Positions 4,939-5,819 of a stretch of DNA of 5,819 bases are shown here, in pieces (position 1 is the stretch's first letter; every line of letters begins with the position of its first letter). The stretch lies in NCBI GenBank assembly GCA_048939465.1, contig JBHLPL010000117.1, forward strand, positions 1 through 5,819, written 5' to 3'. The stretch comes from Promethearchaeota archaeon (GTDB lineage: Archaea > Asgardarchaeota > Odinarchaeia > Odinarchaeales > JBHLKK01). Made by a program: the position numbers and the translations under genes. Under the pieces are notes generated by a model. The model searched no databases. It was not told the origin of the DNA and saw only the letters and a list, made by a program, of their open reading frames with translations.

Positions 4939-5819
4939 ATGGGATTGAGCAAGCACAGTGATAGGTTTGTTAAGAATATGGAACTTAACCCTGAAATCAC
5001 GGTTGATGAATTAATAGGCGAATTTAGAAAATCGGGAGCATTTGGTGCAGGTAGATTGGGTCTTGCTGCGGAGATACTAGGAAGGATGTTTCGCAAAGAG
5101 AGATTGCTGAAGTTTCTAGGATTGGCGGGTGCGCTGGTTCCAGCCGGCATTCGAAGAATCGTTTCCCGTCTTATTTACGATGGCCTGATTGATGTTTTAG
5201 TGACCACCGGTGCAAATATAACACACGATTTAGTTGAAGCTTTTGGAGAAAGACATGAGAAAGCATACATACAGAAAAATGATTCACAACTCAGAAAGCT
5301 GGGAATTAACCGGATATTTGATATCTATATTAGAGATAGTGCTTTCGAAGCTCTTGAAGATAATATTCAGGCTATTTTAAGCAATATAAGTGAGGAAAAA
5401 CGCATAGACGGACTTGCTGTTTATGAACTAATATGGGAAATTGGGAGGAGGATTAAAGACCGACACTCAATAGTTAGAAGTGCCTTCAAAAAGAAGATTC
5501 CGATATTCTGTCCAGCTGTTACCGATTCTATCTTAGGTCTTCAACTATGGTTATTCAGGCAAAGAGAAAAACTAAACATCGATGTCATAAAGGATTTGCA
5601 GAAAATAATTGACATAGCTTACGAGTCAGAAGAGGCGGGAGTTATAATTTTGGGCGGTGGAGTTCCAAAAAACCATATTCTCCAAACCATGTTAATAACG
5701 GGAAAAGGATTTGACTATGCTATACAAATAACAACTGATAGACCAGAGTCTGGGGGTCTAAGTGGTGCCTCACTTCAAGAAGCCCAATCCTGGGGAAAGA
5801 TTAAATCGGATGCCCTGTG
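4939..5819 (+). CDS. dys: Deoxyhypusine synthase (3'-truncated by window edge)
   Basis: Frame +1 is open to the window end, so it is absent from the ORF track: ...GAFGAGRL...FLGLAGALVPAGIR...LVTTGANITHDLVEAFG...GINRIFDI...IPIFCPAVTDSILG...LGGGVPKNHILQ...DYAIQITTDRPESGGLSGASLQEAQSWGKI. The catalytic Lys of SWGK is at 5797-5799. The start may be TTG 4945, since the SD GAGGTG at 4933-4938 abuts ATG 4939. Confidence 0.95.
   Translation, partial: MGLSKHSDRFVKNMELNPEITVDELIGEFRKSGAFGAGRLGLAAEILGRMFRKERLLKFLGLAGALVPAGIRRIVSRLIYDGLIDVLVTTGANITHDLVEAFGERHEKAYIQKNDSQLRKLGINRIFDIYIRDSAFEALEDNIQAILSNISEEKRIDGLAVYELIWEIGRRIKDRHSIVRSAFKKKIPIFCPAVTDSILGLQLWLFRQREKLNIDVIKDLQKIIDIAYESEEAGVIILGGGVPKNHILQTMLITGKGFDYAIQITTDRPESGGLSGASLQEAQSWGKIKSDAL

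Noticed and set aside
4881-5150. 89-aa - strand ORF
   Set aside because: Antisense to deoxyhypusine synthase.

Overview
Archaeal chromosomal window; the lineage cannot be fixed from sequence alone, though multi-intron tRNAs are best known from the TACK/Thermoproteota side. On the + strand it carries the 3' end of HMG-CoA synthase, a thiolase-family gene and a DUF35 Zn-ribbon/OB-fold gene (the archaeal mevalonate entry cluster). Next is a 765-aa fusion of winged HTH + ATP-cone + class III ribonucleotide reductase (NrdD)-like body, and finally a 3'-truncated deoxyhypusine synthase. The main result is a GC-rich 222-nt stretch on the - strand (4419-4640). It resolves by hand into an initiator tRNA-Met(CAT) gene split into 7 exons by SIX bulge-helix-bulge (BHB)-type introns at 15/16, 20a/21, 37/38, 45/46, 59/60 and 71/72, the last inside the acceptor stem. 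Splicing yields a clean 78-nt cloverleaf. The gene is followed by an intronless minihelix-like copy of its own ends and preceded by another BHB-shaped hairpin. Two proteins look like pseudoenzymes. The NrdD-like fusion lacks the finger-loop radical Cys and other core motifs and has a perfect 9-bp inverted repeat at its promoter, suggesting a nucleotide-sensing regulator built from an RNR. The thiolase lacks both catalytic cysteines.
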